Assembly: GCA_964642475.1 (NCBI GenBank)
Contig: CAZXRC010000002.1
Location: forward strand, 148,028 to 212,027
Source of the DNA: an uncultured Gemmatimonadaceae bacterium
Lineage (GTDB): Bacteria; Gemmatimonadota; Gemmatimonadetes; Gemmatimonadales; GWC2-71-9
Direction: 5' to 3'
Length of the DNA: 64,000 bases
Below are positions 17,746 to 27,466 of this stretch, one piece after another. A program made the position numbers and the translations under genes. Each line of letters opens with the position of its first letter. Position 1 is the stretch's first letter. The notes beneath the pieces are model-generated. The model did no database searches, was not told the origin of the DNA, and was given only the letters and a program-made list of their open reading frames with translations.

Positions 17746-20612
17746 TGTCCGATCGGAGTCACGGGAGAAGGAAATCCTGCTTCACGAGTCCAGGCCCGCT
17801 GGCCCTCAGGCACCACCACGATCCCCAGCGGGAAGAACGCCTCGCCCAGGGGCAGCTCCGGCTCGCGCCACGGCACGGTGGCGGTCACCTTCTGGCCGGC
17901 GCCCACCGTGACCCGCGGACCCGGCAGCTGACTCACGTGGGCGGAGTCGGCGTAGAGCCGGATCGACAGGAGGGCGGTCCACCGCTGGCCCGCGGCGCCG
18001 TCCGCGAACCCCGGAAAGAGCCCCACTTCGGCCTCCCGGCGGCCGGAGGCGCCGCCGGGAAAGTCCACGTGCACCCGGCCGAAGGCATAGTTGAGCGGCG
18101 ACTGTCCCAGCTGGCGGCCGCTGTCATCGAAGACGGTAAGGCCGAAATCGGTGAAGCGGGACCACTGGGTCCGATCCATGCTCACGTCCACCACCGCATG
18201 CACCGCCCAGGGCGGCAGTGCGAAGCGCACGCGCTGAGTCTCGGAGCCTCGCGCCACCACCCGGGACGTCCGTTCGGCGCCCACCAGGACCACGAAGGGC
18301 TCGGTCTCGAGCGTGGATTCCGTCAGGTTCACGAGGTCGACGGCGACCCCGTCGCGACCGCGGGTGGCATCGATCCGGAAGGGACTCCGGTTCACCTCGA
18401 TCGTGGCCGAGGCGCCGTCGAGTGGCGGGGCTACGGCCACCGCCTCGTACAGGCCGGGGACGACATCGCGGGCATCGACCGACATCGTGGCGGCCTGCTC
18501 GCCCGACCCGGCCCCGAACCCGTTGTCCTCGCGGTAGGGCTGCCCGCCCGGCTCATGCAGGTAGGCCAGCACCTGCTCCCCGGGCCGGCCGGCGGCGAAG
18601 GTTACATCGAACGGACGTCCGGCGGTGGCCTCGAAGAAGACCCGCCCCTCCTGCCCCGCCTCGATCGCGCCGAGGTCGGCCGAAAAATCGCTCCCGGTCC
18701 GGGGCACGACCACGGTATTGACCAGCCGGAAGACCGGCCCGAGCAGCGTGTCCGCCGTCCACCCGGTCACCACTGCGGTGTAGACCCCCGGCCGCACCAG
18801 CGCCCGCGCCTGATAACTCAGGGCGATTCGGTTGGCCCCGCTGCGGAGCCGAACCGTGGCGGGGGCCCGGAGCCAGGAGGCGCTGGAGCGAAGCGTGTAA
18901 GCCGAGTCGCCGCTGGTGCCGGGCAGGGTGACCTCGAACTCCTGCAGGGTATCAGCCGCCGAGGCCAGGCCACCAGCCCGGAAGGCCGCGGTGTTCCCAT
19001 GCCCCTCGGCCCGGACGGCGATCTCGGGCACCGGCCGATCGGCCTTGAGCCAGCGCCAGGCGGCGTCGACATCGGCCAGCCCGGTCCCCTCGTCCAGATA
19101 GGTCTCGGTACCGACCGGGCGGGCGGTGACCATCAGGGCCTGGCGGATCTGACGGGCCTCGATCGGCCGCTTCTCCTGGACCAGCGCCGAGACCAGCAGC
19201 GCCGCGAGGCCGGCGGCGTGGGGCGAGGCCATGCTGGTCCCCCCCTTCTGCTCGTTCCCGATGCTCCAGTTCGGCACCGTCGAGTAGGCCATTCCGGGCG
19301 TCACGATATCGGGCTTGGCGACCTCACCGCCGCGGGAACTGAAGTAGGCGATCGGATCGCCGCCCTTACCCGAGGCGCCGAGAAAGACGGTGGGGAAGGT
19401 AGCTCCGACGGTCAACGCCCGGTTGGCCGACCCGGGGAACCCCATGGTGGAGAGCCCCGGCCCGTCGTTCCCGGCGCTGATGGCGAATACCACGTCGGGA
19501 TGCAGCGCCAGCACCGAGTCGATCAACTCATCCATCCGGGCGCTTCCCTCCACTTCATTGCCGACGCCGAAGCTCATGTTGAGCACCAGCGGGAGGCGCC
19601 GTTCGGCGGCAAAGCGGATCGCATACTCCATGGCCGCGAACATGCTGCCGGTCGTGGAGATCCCGCCCTGGGCGTTGTTGGCGATCTTGAGACCGAGGAG
19701 GAATGCGCCCGGCGCCACCCCGTCGAACCCCTTGACTCCATAGATGTCGTTGGCGGCGGCAATTCCGGCGACGTGAGAGCCGTGGGCGCTGGTGTCGAAG
19801 AAGAGATCGAGGCGGGGCTCGCCTTTCTCCTCGCGGAAGTTGGCGGCCAGGCCCAGCGGCGCGGGGCGCCCGGGGCCGTGCCAGCCAAAGACCTCGCGGG
19901 CGACGAGGAAGTCATGGACCGGCTTCTCGTTGGCGAAGCTCCCGTCGCCATCGGTATCGGCGAACAGGACCCAGCCATCACTGGCTCTCGCCACGACCAG
20001 CGCGAGGGTATCGGCGTCATCCTGGTCGCCATTCAAGTCGCCGGCCGGCGGCGATCCCAGCGGGATCTCGGCCATGGTCCCGGCCCACATCTCGCCCTTG
20101 AGGGCCAGTGCCCGGAGCCGCCCCGCCCCGGCGAAGGTCCGACCGCCGATCACCAGCTGGTCGCCGCTGGGAGCGATCCGTGCCAGCGGGACCGCGCCCT
20201 CGCCGGAGAAGTCCCGCAGGTCGAGCACCTTCCGCTGGCCGGCGGAGGTGGTGGTCAGACCCGGCACCGACGGATCGAGCCCGCTGTCGAGGATGCCGAT
20301 GAGGACGCCGCGGCCATCCCACTCGGGATGGGCCTGGAGAAAGCGGTCAACCCCGGTCGATTTGAGTGGCATCCATCCGCGAGCGTAGGCCTCCGCAGGA
20401 GGGAGCACCCGCTGCCCGGGACCATCGCCACCGGCGGGCGCGGGAGTGGCAACGGACGGCGAAGGTGCGGGCGTGACCGGTGCGGCAGTGCCACCCCCGC
20501 ATCCTATGAGCACGAGCGGGAGAACCGCCTTCCACAGATGACACAGACGATGCACAGACCTGCTCCGGCTCACTCGAGCCTTCTGAACCCCATTCGCCCC
20601 ATCTGTGTTCAT
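17742..20612 (-). CDS. S8 (subtilisin-family) serine peptidase, large, lipoprotein-like N-terminus
   Basis: Triad contexts GILDSGLD (Asp), [12 protein letters not shown] (His) and [17 protein letters not shown] (Ser). A ~200-aa insert lies between Asp and His, as in TPP-II-like S8 members. LVLIGCGG is lipobox-like. The start is ATG 20612 or GTG 20555. The stop overlaps the AtuA-family ATG. Confidence 0.9.
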   Translation of the reverse strand: MNTDGANGVQKARVSRSRSVHRLCHLWKAVLPLVLIGCGGGTAAPVTPAPSPSVATPAPAGGDGPGQRVLPPAEAYARGWMPLKSTGVDRFLQAHPEWDGRGVLIGILDSGLDPSVPGLTTTSAGQRKVLDLRDFSGEGAVPLARIAPSGDQLVIGGRTFAGAGRLRALALKGEMWAGTMAEIPLGSPPAGDLNGDQDDADTLALVVARASDGWVLFADTDGDGSFANEKPVHDFLVAREVFGWHGPGRPAPLGLAANFREEKGEPRLDLFFDTSAHGSHVAGIAAANDIYGVKGFDGVAPGAFLLGLKIANNAQGGISTTGSMFAAMEYAIRFAAERRLPLVLNMSFGVGNEVEGSARMDELIDSVLALHPDVVFAISAGNDGPGLSTMGFPGSANRALTVGATFPTVFLGASGKGGDPIAYFSSRGGEVAKPDIVTPGMAYSTVPNWSIGNEQKGGTSMASPHAAGLAALLVSALVQEKRPIEARQIRQALMVTARPVGTETYLDEGTGLADVDAAWRWLKADRPVPEIAVRAEGHGNTAAFRAGGLASAADTLQEFEVTLPGTSGDSAYTLRSSASWLRAPATVRLRSGANRIALSYQARALVRPGVYTAVVTGWTADTLLGPVFRLVNTVVVPRTGSDFSADLGAIEAGQEGRVFFEATAGRPFDVTFAAGRPGEQVLAYLHEPGGQPYREDNGFGAGSGEQAATMSVDARDVVPGLYEAVAVAPPLDGASATIEVNRSPFRIDATRGRDGVAVDLVNLTESTLETEPFVVLVGAERTSRVVARGSETQRVRFALPPWAVHAVVDVSMDRTQWSRFTDFGLTVFDDSGRQLGQSPLNYAFGRVHVDFPGGASGRREAEVGLFPGFADGAAGQRWTALLSIRLYADSAHVSQLPGPRVTVGAGQKVTATVPWREPELPLGEAFFPLGIVVVPEGQRAWTREAGFPSPVTPIGQ

Positions 20613-20627
20613 CTGTGTCTTCTGTGG
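20532..20627. repeat. inverted short-tandem-repeat hairpin (CACAGA-type units, period 9-11)
   Basis: CCACAGATGACACAGACGATGCACAGACC (20532-20560) versus CCCCATCTGTGTTCATCTGTGTCTTCTGTGG (20597-20627). About 24 of 29 positions are complementary, with one indel. The loop holds a small GGCTC/GAGCC hairpin. The element spans the S8 start region. Confidence 0.7.
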
Positions 20628-20636
20628 ATGCAGCGT

Positions 20637-22262
20637 TCAGACGGATGGCAGAACGAAAGGCCCCAGGTGCGGCCCGGCGAAGTTGCTGGTGGCACCGAGC
20701 AGGAAAGCCAGCAGGTCGCGGGTCTCGTCCGCCGTGACGATGGCGTCGACGAAGCCCCGGGCGGCGGCGTACTTGGCGTCGAGCTGGTGCTCGTAATCGG
20801 CCCGCATCGCGTCGGCGGCGGCCTTGACCTCCTTGGCCGGCTCGCGCCTCTCGGCCCGGGCCTTGGCCAGCTCGACCCCGTGCACCGCCTCGACGGCCGA
20901 CTCGCCCTCCATCACTGCCATACGGCCGGTGGGCCAGCTGAGCACGAAGTCGGGATCGAACCCCTGCCCGGCCATGGCGTAGTAGCCGGCGCCGGAGGCG
21001 TGATTCACCGTGAGGACGATCTTGGGCACGGTCGCGGTGGACATCGCCTCGACGAACCGGGCGCCGGCACGGATGATCCCGCTCTGCTCGGCATCGGGTC
21101 CCACCATGAAGCCGCTCACGTCCTGCACGAACAGAAGCGGCACCCGCTCCCGGCTGGCGTTCTCGATGAAATAGGCGGCCTTCTCGGCGCTCTCGGTGTA
21201 GATGATGCCCCCGATCCGCGGCATCTGGCCGGCCTTCCCTTTGATCACCTGTCGGGCGTTCGCCAGCACCGCGACCGGGTGGCCTTCGATCCGGGCATGA
21301 CCGCAGAGAAGCTCTTTGGCAACCTCGGGCTGGAATTCGTCGAGCCGCCCTCCGTCGAGGAGGCAGGCCAGCAGGGCGTGGACGTCGTACGACATCCGAT
21401 GATCCACCGGCAGCACCTCGTAGAGGTCGGTCACCGGGCGGGCCGGCGGTTCGGCCGGGAGGAGACGGTGCTGTACCCCGGGCAGGTGCGGCAGGCGGGC
21501 GAGGTATCCCCGGACCATGGTAATGCATTCGCGATCGTTACCGGCGCGATAGTGCGCCACCGCGGAGAGCGCGGTATGCATCCGGGCTCCGCCCAGGGTC
21601 TCGGCGTCGACCACCTGGCCGGTGGCACCCTTCACCAGGTTGGGGCCGCCCAGGCCCATGAAACTGGTGCCCTCCACCATGAAGATCACATCGGAGAGGG
21701 CCGGCAGGTACGCCCCCCCCGCGATGCAGCTTCCCATCACCGCGCTCACTTGCGGCACGTTCAGGTAGCGACGCATGAGCGAGTTGTAATAGAAGATCCG
21801 GGCGGCGCCGTACTGGCCGGGGAAGACGCCGCCCTGGTACGGCAGGTTCACGCCCGCCGAATCGACCAGGTAGATGATGGGGATCCGCTGCCGCATCGCG
21901 ACTTCCTGGGCGCGGAGAATCTTCCGGATCGTCTCGGGCCACCAGGAGCCGGCCTTCACCGTGGAATCGTTGGCCACGATGACGCATTCGCGGCCTTCGA
22001 CCACCCCCAGCCCGGTGATGACCCCGGCGCCGGGGGCCTGACCCTCGTACTGGTCGTACGCCACCAGCAGACCGAGCTCGAGCCAGGGCTGCCCAGGATC
22101 GAGGAGGGCCGTCACCCGCTCGCGGGGACTCAGCTGCCCCTTCTCGTGCATCTTGGCCACCCGGCGGGCGCCGCCCCCCTCGCGCAACTTGGCGGCGAGC
22201 CCAAGGTACTCGTCGGTCAGGGTGCGGAGTCGCGAGGGCCGGGAAGGAGGCGCGGTCGCCAC
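20637..22262 (-). CDS. acyl-CoA carboxylase carboxyltransferase (beta) subunit, MccB/AtuC/PccB family
   Basis: GQLSPRERVTALLDPG, ITGLGVVEGRECVIVANDSTVKAGSW, IYLVDSAGVNLPYQ and VMGSCIAGGAYLPALSD. 541 aa. GTG start 22262. Confidence 0.93.
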   Translation of the reverse strand: MATAPPSRPSRLRTLTDEYLGLAAKLREGGGARRVAKMHEKGQLSPRERVTALLDPGQPWLELGLLVAYDQYEGQAPGAGVITGLGVVEGRECVIVANDSTVKAGSWWPETIRKILRAQEVAMRQRIPIIYLVDSAGVNLPYQGGVFPGQYGAARIFYYNSLMRRYLNVPQVSAVMGSCIAGGAYLPALSDVIFMVEGTSFMGLGGPNLVKGATGQVVDAETLGGARMHTALSAVAHYRAGNDRECITMVRGYLARLPHLPGVQHRLLPAEPPARPVTDLYEVLPVDHRMSYDVHALLACLLDGGRLDEFQPEVAKELLCGHARIEGHPVAVLANARQVIKGKAGQMPRIGGIIYTESAEKAAYFIENASRERVPLLFVQDVSGFMVGPDAEQSGIIRAGARFVEAMSTATVPKIVLTVNHASGAGYYAMAGQGFDPDFVLSWPTGRMAVMEGESAVEAVHGVELAKARAERREPAKEVKAAADAMRADYEHQLDAKYAAARGFVDAIVTADETRDLLAFLLGATSNFAGPHLGPFVLPSV

Positions 22263-22263
22263 G

Positions 22264-22695
22264 CTAGCGCCTCCGCTCGGCGGCCCAGGACTGGATGTAG
22301 CTGATCAGGTCGGCGGTGGGCGTGCCGGGTCCGAACAACTTGCCGGTGCCCTGACGCTCCAGGTCCTCCATGTCCTCGCGGGGGATGATCCCGCCCCCGG
22401 TGAGCAGGATGTCGGGCCGGCCGGCGGCATCGAGCAGCTTGCGGACCCGGGGGAAGAGCGTCATATGCGCCCCGGAGAGAATCGAAAGACCCACCACGTC
22501 GACATCCTCCTGGATCGCGGCGGTAGCGATCATCTCCGGCGTCTGGTGAAGCCCGGTGTAGATCACTTCCATCCCGGCATCCCGGAGGGCGGCCGCGACC
22601 ACCTTGGCGCCGCGGTCGTGGCCATCGAGGCCGGGCTTGGCCACCAGCACCCGGATCGGTGTGGGGGGTGACTTCCTGTCGAGAGTGGCTGCCAT
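22264..22695 (-). CDS. B12-binding small subunit of a split acyl-CoA mutase (IcmB/MCM C-terminal-domain-like)
   Basis: [43 protein letters not shown] carries the DxHxxG cobalamin motif. Start moved to ATG 22695 (143 aa). Confidence 0.88.
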   Translation of the reverse strand: MAATLDRKSPPTPIRVLVAKPGLDGHDRGAKVVAAALRDAGMEVIYTGLHQTPEMIATAAIQEDVDVVGLSILSGAHMTLFPRVRKLLDAAGRPDILLTGGGIIPREDMEDLERQGTGKLFGPGTPTADLISYIQSWAAERRR

Positions 22696-22720
22696 GGGGT
22701 TCCGTGTCGAGACGGGTGAA

Positions 22721-23422
22721 TCACTCGGTTGGGGTCGGTACCGGCACGACCCGAGCCAGCAGCAGATCGGCGACGGCACTCACGCTCGCGGCGGTACGGA
22801 CGTCCCGCCCACCGTGTTTCCCCAGCGGATCGAGCAGAATCACGTCGAGACCAGCCCGGCGGGCCCCGACCACGTCGATCTCGTAGAGGTCGCCGACGTA
22901 CAGCGCCTCGGCGGGCGCGAGCGCGAGGCGGGTCAACGCGGCCTCGAAGATACGCGGGTCCGGCTTCTCGAACCCGACCCGCTGGGAGTCGATGACGAAC
23001 TCGAAGCGCGAGAGCAGGTCCGCGTCGGCCAGGGCCTCTTCCGCGCGTCCATCGCTGTTGCTGATGACCGCCAGCCGGTAGCCCGCGGCCAGCAGCCGGT
23101 CGAGCGCGGGGGCGGTCCGGGGATCGACCCCGCTCCAGAGGTGCTTCTCGCCGTGGAGGGCGTAGAGCGTGCTGCGCACCACCTCACCCTGTTCCGGGGG
23201 GACGCCGGCCAGCCGAAAGAGGGTCTCGAGATAGCGCGAGGCCCGCTCTCGGTCGGTGCCATCCTGCCGTTCCATGACCAGTGCGGCCTCGCCGGCCTGG
23301 CTCGCCAGCAGCTCCCCGGTGAGGGGGGCGCCCGTCGCCGCGGCCACCCGAGCGGCCAGGCGGGGGTAGTCGAGGGCGACGAGGGTATTACCGGCGTCGA
23401 AGAGAACCGCCTTGAGGCTCAC
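22721..23422 (-). CDS. HAD-superfamily hydrolase
   Basis: Motif [10 protein letters not shown] (DxG variant), motif II VISNSD, and distal [27 protein letters not shown] 23422 overlaps the upstream stop (GTGA 23419-23422). Confidence 0.85.
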   Translation of the reverse strand: MSLKAVLFDAGNTLVALDYPRLAARVAAATGAPLTGELLASQAGEAALVMERQDGTDRERASRYLETLFRLAGVPPEQGEVVRSTLYALHGEKHLWSGVDPRTAPALDRLLAAGYRLAVISNSDGRAEEALADADLLSRFEFVIDSQRVGFEKPDPRIFEAALTRLALAPAEALYVGDLYEIDVVGARRAGLDVILLDPLGKHGGRDVRTAASVSAVADLLLARVVPVPTPTE

Positions 23423-24570
23423 CGGAAACGCAGCAGCCCGGCCAGCCCGCTGACCGCGGCGCGAGCCTTCTCGTCGTAGAGCACCTCGACTTCGAGCCGC
23501 TGACGGAGGGCTTCCTCGATCGCGTCGTCCACCACGTCGAGGACCGGCACCACCCCGTTCTCCCCGCGGAGGTCGCGCTCGGCGGCCGCCAGCTGCCCGG
23601 AGACGGATCGGAAGCCGGACTGCTGGGCCTCGCCGTCCACCAGGAGGGTGCGGACCTGGCCCCGGCCCAGGGCCTTGAGGGTCGCTTCCACCCCATTCAC
23701 CGCCCAGCCGGAGCCGACCGCGTCGTCCAGCCCGTGGGCAACCGAACGTTCGGCCTCCCGCTCGTACTCGCTGCGGGCCTCGAGCGTCGCCTGGTACACT
23801 ACCGGGGGCCGAGCCTCCTTGGGATTGAGACTCACGACACCCATGAGCCGCTCGGCCAGGTAGGGATGGAGAAAGGCCGCCACCGCTCCGGCCTCGCGGC
23901 CCGGGCCCGCCAGCACGACGCCATGGACCGCGCGCCGCTGGTGCAGGTCGAAGAGCCGCTGGGCCACGGTGGCGAAGTGGCGCTGCTTCTCTTCCCGGAT
24001 CCGGTTGTTCCAGGTGTGCTCGCCCCGGCCAGGGGAATCGGCGCGGTCGCCGTGAAAGCGGCCGCCGCGGGTGGCGTCGGCCCGGATGTCCTCGACTTCG
24101 GTGGCGCCGAACGCGGTGACCTCGAAGATCCGGGCGGCGGTCCGGTCGAGCACCACGGTCAGGAGAGTACCGATCTCGTCCTCGACCGCGGTCAGCTCCC
24201 GCACCAGCGCGGTGCGATCGACCGCGAGGCGCGAGCGGTGCACGCTCGGCAGGCCCACCATTTCGAACAGCTTGAGGGGGCCGCAGGCGAAGACGGCGAC
24301 TCCCTGGCTGGCCGGGAGGCGCTTGGGTTCGCGCAGCTGCTCCTGGATCCGGCGGAGATCGGCGCTCACCGCCTCCCGGGTGCCCCGGGGCAGCGCCAGG
24401 GCGTCGAGGGCGGATTCCACCTCGCGGATCCGGTTCTTGAGCTTGATCAGGTACTTGCCCCGGGTCCGGTCACGCGGCTCCACCTTGAGATAGCAGGTGA
24501 CGATCCGGTGATCCTCGCTCCGGAGTCGGGTGAGGCGGGTGAGCAGTTTCTGAATGTCGGGGTTGGCCAT
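23419..24570 (-). CDS. eRF1/Pelota-fold protein (bacterial aeRF1-like, baeRF1/Vms1-like family)
   Basis: 383 aa. The central loop ATRGGRFHGDRAD.. sits where eRF1 has ..GGQS..RF. A C-terminal-domain motif is AVNGVEATLKALGRGQVRTLLV (eRF1/Pelota G...AL..GAV..LLV). The terminal GLAGLLRFR resembles eRF1 GGIGAILRY. Confidence 0.7.
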   Translation of the reverse strand: MANPDIQKLLTRLTRLRSEDHRIVTCYLKVEPRDRTRGKYLIKLKNRIREVESALDALALPRGTREAVSADLRRIQEQLREPKRLPASQGVAVFACGPLKLFEMVGLPSVHRSRLAVDRTALVRELTAVEDEIGTLLTVVLDRTAARIFEVTAFGATEVEDIRADATRGGRFHGDRADSPGRGEHTWNNRIREEKQRHFATVAQRLFDLHQRRAVHGVVLAGPGREAGAVAAFLHPYLAERLMGVVSLNPKEARPPVVYQATLEARSEYEREAERSVAHGLDDAVGSGWAVNGVEATLKALGRGQVRTLLVDGEAQQSGFRSVSGQLAAAERDLRGENGVVPVLDVVDDAIEEALRQRLEVEVLYDEKARAAVSGLAGLLRFR

Positions 24571-24574
24571 TGGT

Positions 24575-24668
24575 AGTCACGAGTCATGAGTCACGAGTCG
24601 AGCGTCATGGCGCCGGGTCGGGGATCCGCTGAACGGCCCGCGACTCGCGACTCGTGACGCTCGACTGG
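24575..24668. repeat. inverted tandem-heptamer hairpin (AGTCACG-type versus CGCGACT-type)
   Basis: AGTCACG AGTCATG AGTCACG AGTCGAG CGTCATG (24575-24609) versus CGCGACT CGCGACT CGTGACG CTCGACT (24639-24666). About 80% complementary. It fills the gap between stop 24670-24672 and ATG 24570. Confidence 0.85.
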
Positions 24669-24669
24669 T

Positions 24670-26385
24670 CTAGAAGAACACCGGTTCCCGGTAGGTCCCG
24701 TATACCTTCTCGAGGACCTCTCGGATCTCGTACAAGGTGCAATCGCCCCGAGCGCAGTCGAGCATCGGAGGGATCAGGTTGCGATCCTCCTGGGCCGCCT
24801 GCCGGAGCGCGGTCAGGCGAACCTCGACCTGGGTGGCGTCCCGCCGGGACCGGAGCGCCGCCATCCGCTGGCGCTGCACCTGCTCCGCTTGGTCGCTCAC
24901 CTTGAGGATGGTGACCGGCGGTTCCTCCTCCTCTACAAACTGGTTGACGCCCACCACCAGCCGGCGATCATGCTCGACCTCGGTCTGAAACCGGCTGGCC
25001 GACTGGGCGATCTGGCGCTGGAACCAGCCGTTCTCGATCGCCTTCACTACCCCGCCCTGCGCCTCGATCTCGGCGAAGAGCCCCAGGGCCTCCCGCTCCA
25101 TGCCGTCGGTGAGCGCTTCGACGTAGTACGACCCGCCCAGTGGGTCGACCACGTTGGGCACCCCGGTCTCATAGGCGAGAATCTGCTGGGTGCGCAGCGC
25201 GATCCGGACCGACTCCTCGGTGGGAAGGGCCAGGGTCTCGTCCAGTGCGTTGGTGTGCAGCGACTGGGTCCCCCCCAGCACCGCCGCCAGGCCCTGGTAG
25301 GCCACCCGCACGATATTGTTGTGGGGCTGCTGGGCGGTGAGGGTCACGCCGGCGGTCTGGCAATGAAAACGCATCTGCCAGCTCCGCGGGTTCCGGGCCC
25401 CGAACTTCTCCTTCATGGTCCGAGCCCAGATCCGCCGGGCGGCGCGCAGCTTGGCGATTTCCTCGAAGAAGTCGTTGTGGACGTCCCAGAAAAACGACAG
25501 CCGGGGCGCGAAGCTGTCGACGTCGAGCCCCTGTGCGATCCCGTGCTCGACGTAGCAGAAGCCATTGGCCAGGGTAAAGGCGAGTTCCTGTGCCGCGGTG
25601 GCGCCGGCTTCCCGGATATGATAGCCCGAGATGGAAATGGTGTTCCACTTGGGGGTGTTGGCCGAGGCCCATGCGAAAAGGTCGACGATCACCTTGAGGG
25701 CCGGCTCGACCGGGAAGATCCAGGCATGCTGCGCCATGTACTCTTTCAGCATGTCGTTCTGGATGGTCCCCTGCAGCTTCGCGATGTCGACCCCCTGCCG
25801 CTCCGCCGCCGCCACGTAGAAGCAGAAGAGCATTGCGGCCGGGCCGTTGATGGTCATCGAAGTGGAGACCCGGTCGAGCGGAATCCCGTCGAACAGGTCC
25901 GACATGTCCTCGAGACTCGAGATGGCGACGCCGCACTTCCCCACCTCGCCCTCGGAGCGGGGATGGTCGGCGTCGTAACCCATGAGCGTGGGGAAGTCGA
26001 ACGCCACCGAGAGCCCGGTCTGTCCCCGAGCCAGCAGGAACTTGTAGCGCTCGTTGGTGTCTTTGGCGGTCCCGAATCCGGCGAACTGCCGCATGGTCCA
26101 GAGCTTCCCGCGGTAGCCGGTCGGATGGATGCCGCGGGTGAAGGGGTACTCCCCCGGCAGCGCCTCCAGCAGCCCCCGGTTGGCCGGGACATCGAGCGCG
26201 GTGTAGACCGGCTCCGGCGCCCGACCCGAGACGCTGGTGAAGTCGACGTCGGTCCGCAGCCCATGGGCCCCGAATCGCTCCCGCCAGGCCTGCACTTCCG
26301 CGCGCAGCCGCTCCAGCTCACGCTCCTGGTGGCTCACCCGCGTCTGCATGTCGCGCATGCCCGGCTCCGGTTCCCACATCGTCAT
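24670..26385 (-). CDS. B12-dependent acyl-CoA mutase large subunit, ICM-type signature (Phe101/Gln219)
   Basis: [59 protein letters not shown] and [20 protein letters not shown]. Family membership is unambiguous. MCM has RQY..AGF and ..FMVRNTYI at the two positions flagged. Confidence 0.93.
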   Translation of the reverse strand: MTMWEPEPGMRDMQTRVSHQERELERLRAEVQAWRERFGAHGLRTDVDFTSVSGRAPEPVYTALDVPANRGLLEALPGEYPFTRGIHPTGYRGKLWTMRQFAGFGTAKDTNERYKFLLARGQTGLSVAFDFPTLMGYDADHPRSEGEVGKCGVAISSLEDMSDLFDGIPLDRVSTSMTINGPAAMLFCFYVAAAERQGVDIAKLQGTIQNDMLKEYMAQHAWIFPVEPALKVIVDLFAWASANTPKWNTISISGYHIREAGATAAQELAFTLANGFCYVEHGIAQGLDVDSFAPRLSFFWDVHNDFFEEIAKLRAARRIWARTMKEKFGARNPRSWQMRFHCQTAGVTLTAQQPHNNIVRVAYQGLAAVLGGTQSLHTNALDETLALPTEESVRIALRTQQILAYETGVPNVVDPLGGSYYVEALTDGMEREALGLFAEIEAQGGVVKAIENGWFQRQIAQSASRFQTEVEHDRRLVVGVNQFVEEEEPPVTILKVSDQAEQVQRQRMAALRSRRDATQVEVRLTALRQAAQEDRNLIPPMLDCARGDCTLYEIREVLEKVYGTYREPVFF

Positions 26386-27413
26386 ACCCGTGACCCCTGC
26401 TTGAGGGCATCCAACACCTCGGCGGCCACCTCATACGGACTGATCCGTCCCTGGGCCAGCTCGTCCAGCCGGTCGCGGATCAGCTGGTCCGCGCCCGTCT
26501 CCTGCCAGATCCACTGCCGGGCGGCTCGGTCCACTACTTCACGGGTCCGGTCGAACAACCGTTGCCGCCGCCGCTCCCCGAGCTCGCCGGTGCGCTCCAG
26601 CTCCAGGTAGTGCCCTTCGAGGGCCGTCACCAGCTCCGCGATCCCTTCGCCCTTCGTCGCCACCGTGGCCAGAACCGGGTGGCTCCAGCCGCTCGAGGCG
26701 TGGGGCCCGGGACTCTCCCCGCGCCCCGTCCGCGGACCATGATGCGCCTTGACGTGGCGGAACGCGTTCCCCGCGCGGATCCCGAGGGTAACCTCGATTT
26801 CCTGTCGCAGCCGGTCGGCCCCCGGCCGGTCGGCCTTGTTGACGACGAAGATGTCGCCGATTTCCATGATCCCCGACTTGAGGGTCTGGATCCCATCCCC
26901 CGATTCGGGCACCAGGACCAGCACGGTGCTGTCGGCGCTCCGCGCCACATCCAGCTCCGACTGACCGACCCCCACCGTCTCGATCACGATCCGGTCGAAA
27001 CCGCCGGCATCGAGGACATCGCACACCTCACGCGTGGTAGTCGCGAGCCCGCCGAGGGAGCCGCGGGTCGCCATCGAGCGGATGAAGACCCCGGCATCGA
27101 GGGCCACCGACTCCATCCGGATCCGGTCACCGAGGAGGGCGCCGCCAGTGAAGGGGCTGGTGGGATCCACCGCCACGACTGCCACGGTGAGTCCTATCTT
27201 CCGGTAGGCTTGGACCAGCTGTTCCGTGAGCGTGGACTTGCCCGCTCCAGGAGGACCGGTAATGCCGATGCGCCGGGCGTGACCCAGGTGGGGATGGAGA
27301 GCGGAAAGCAGCTCCTCGAATCCGGAGCGGCCATTTTCAACGATCGAGATGGCCCGGGCGATCGCGGGGGCCCGCTGGGCCCTGAGATCGACCAGGAGTG
27401 CGGCTCCATTCAT
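26382..27413 (-). CDS. meaB: MeaB/ArgK-family G-protein chaperone of acyl-CoA mutases
   Basis: P-loop [41 protein letters not shown] and VVNKADR. The stop overlaps the mutase ATG (ATGA 26382-26385). Confidence 0.92.
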   Translation of the reverse strand: MNGAALLVDLRAQRAPAIARAISIVENGRSGFEELLSALHPHLGHARRIGITGPPGAGKSTLTEQLVQAYRKIGLTVAVVAVDPTSPFTGGALLGDRIRMESVALDAGVFIRSMATRGSLGGLATTTREVCDVLDAGGFDRIVIETVGVGQSELDVARSADSTVLVLVPESGDGIQTLKSGIMEIGDIFVVNKADRPGADRLRQEIEVTLGIRAGNAFRHVKAHHGPRTGRGESPGPHASSGWSHPVLATVATKGEGIAELVTALEGHYLELERTGELGERRRQRLFDRTREVVDRAARQWIWQETGADQLIRDRLDELAQGRISPYEVAAEVLDALKQGSRV

Positions 27414-27466
27414 GATGGTAACTTCGCATGGGAGAACGAGCTACGCAACGTCGGAGGGCCGGATGG

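Noticed and set aside
17745-22304. A 1519-aa ORF on the plus strand, the longest in the track.
   Set aside because: It is antisense to the S8 peptidase and carboxyltransferase genes, both of which show unambiguous family motifs. Its translation is low-complexity R/G/P/H/A-rich with no recognisable domain. Long antisense ORFs are expected in G+C-rich DNA.
24670-26385. Calling the large mutase subunit methylmalonyl-CoA mutase (scpA/mutB).
   Set aside because: The carboxylate-binding Arg position is Gln219 and the Tyr position is Phe101, the isobutyryl-CoA-mutase pair. I therefore annotate it only as an ICM-type acyl-CoA mutase, pending alignment.
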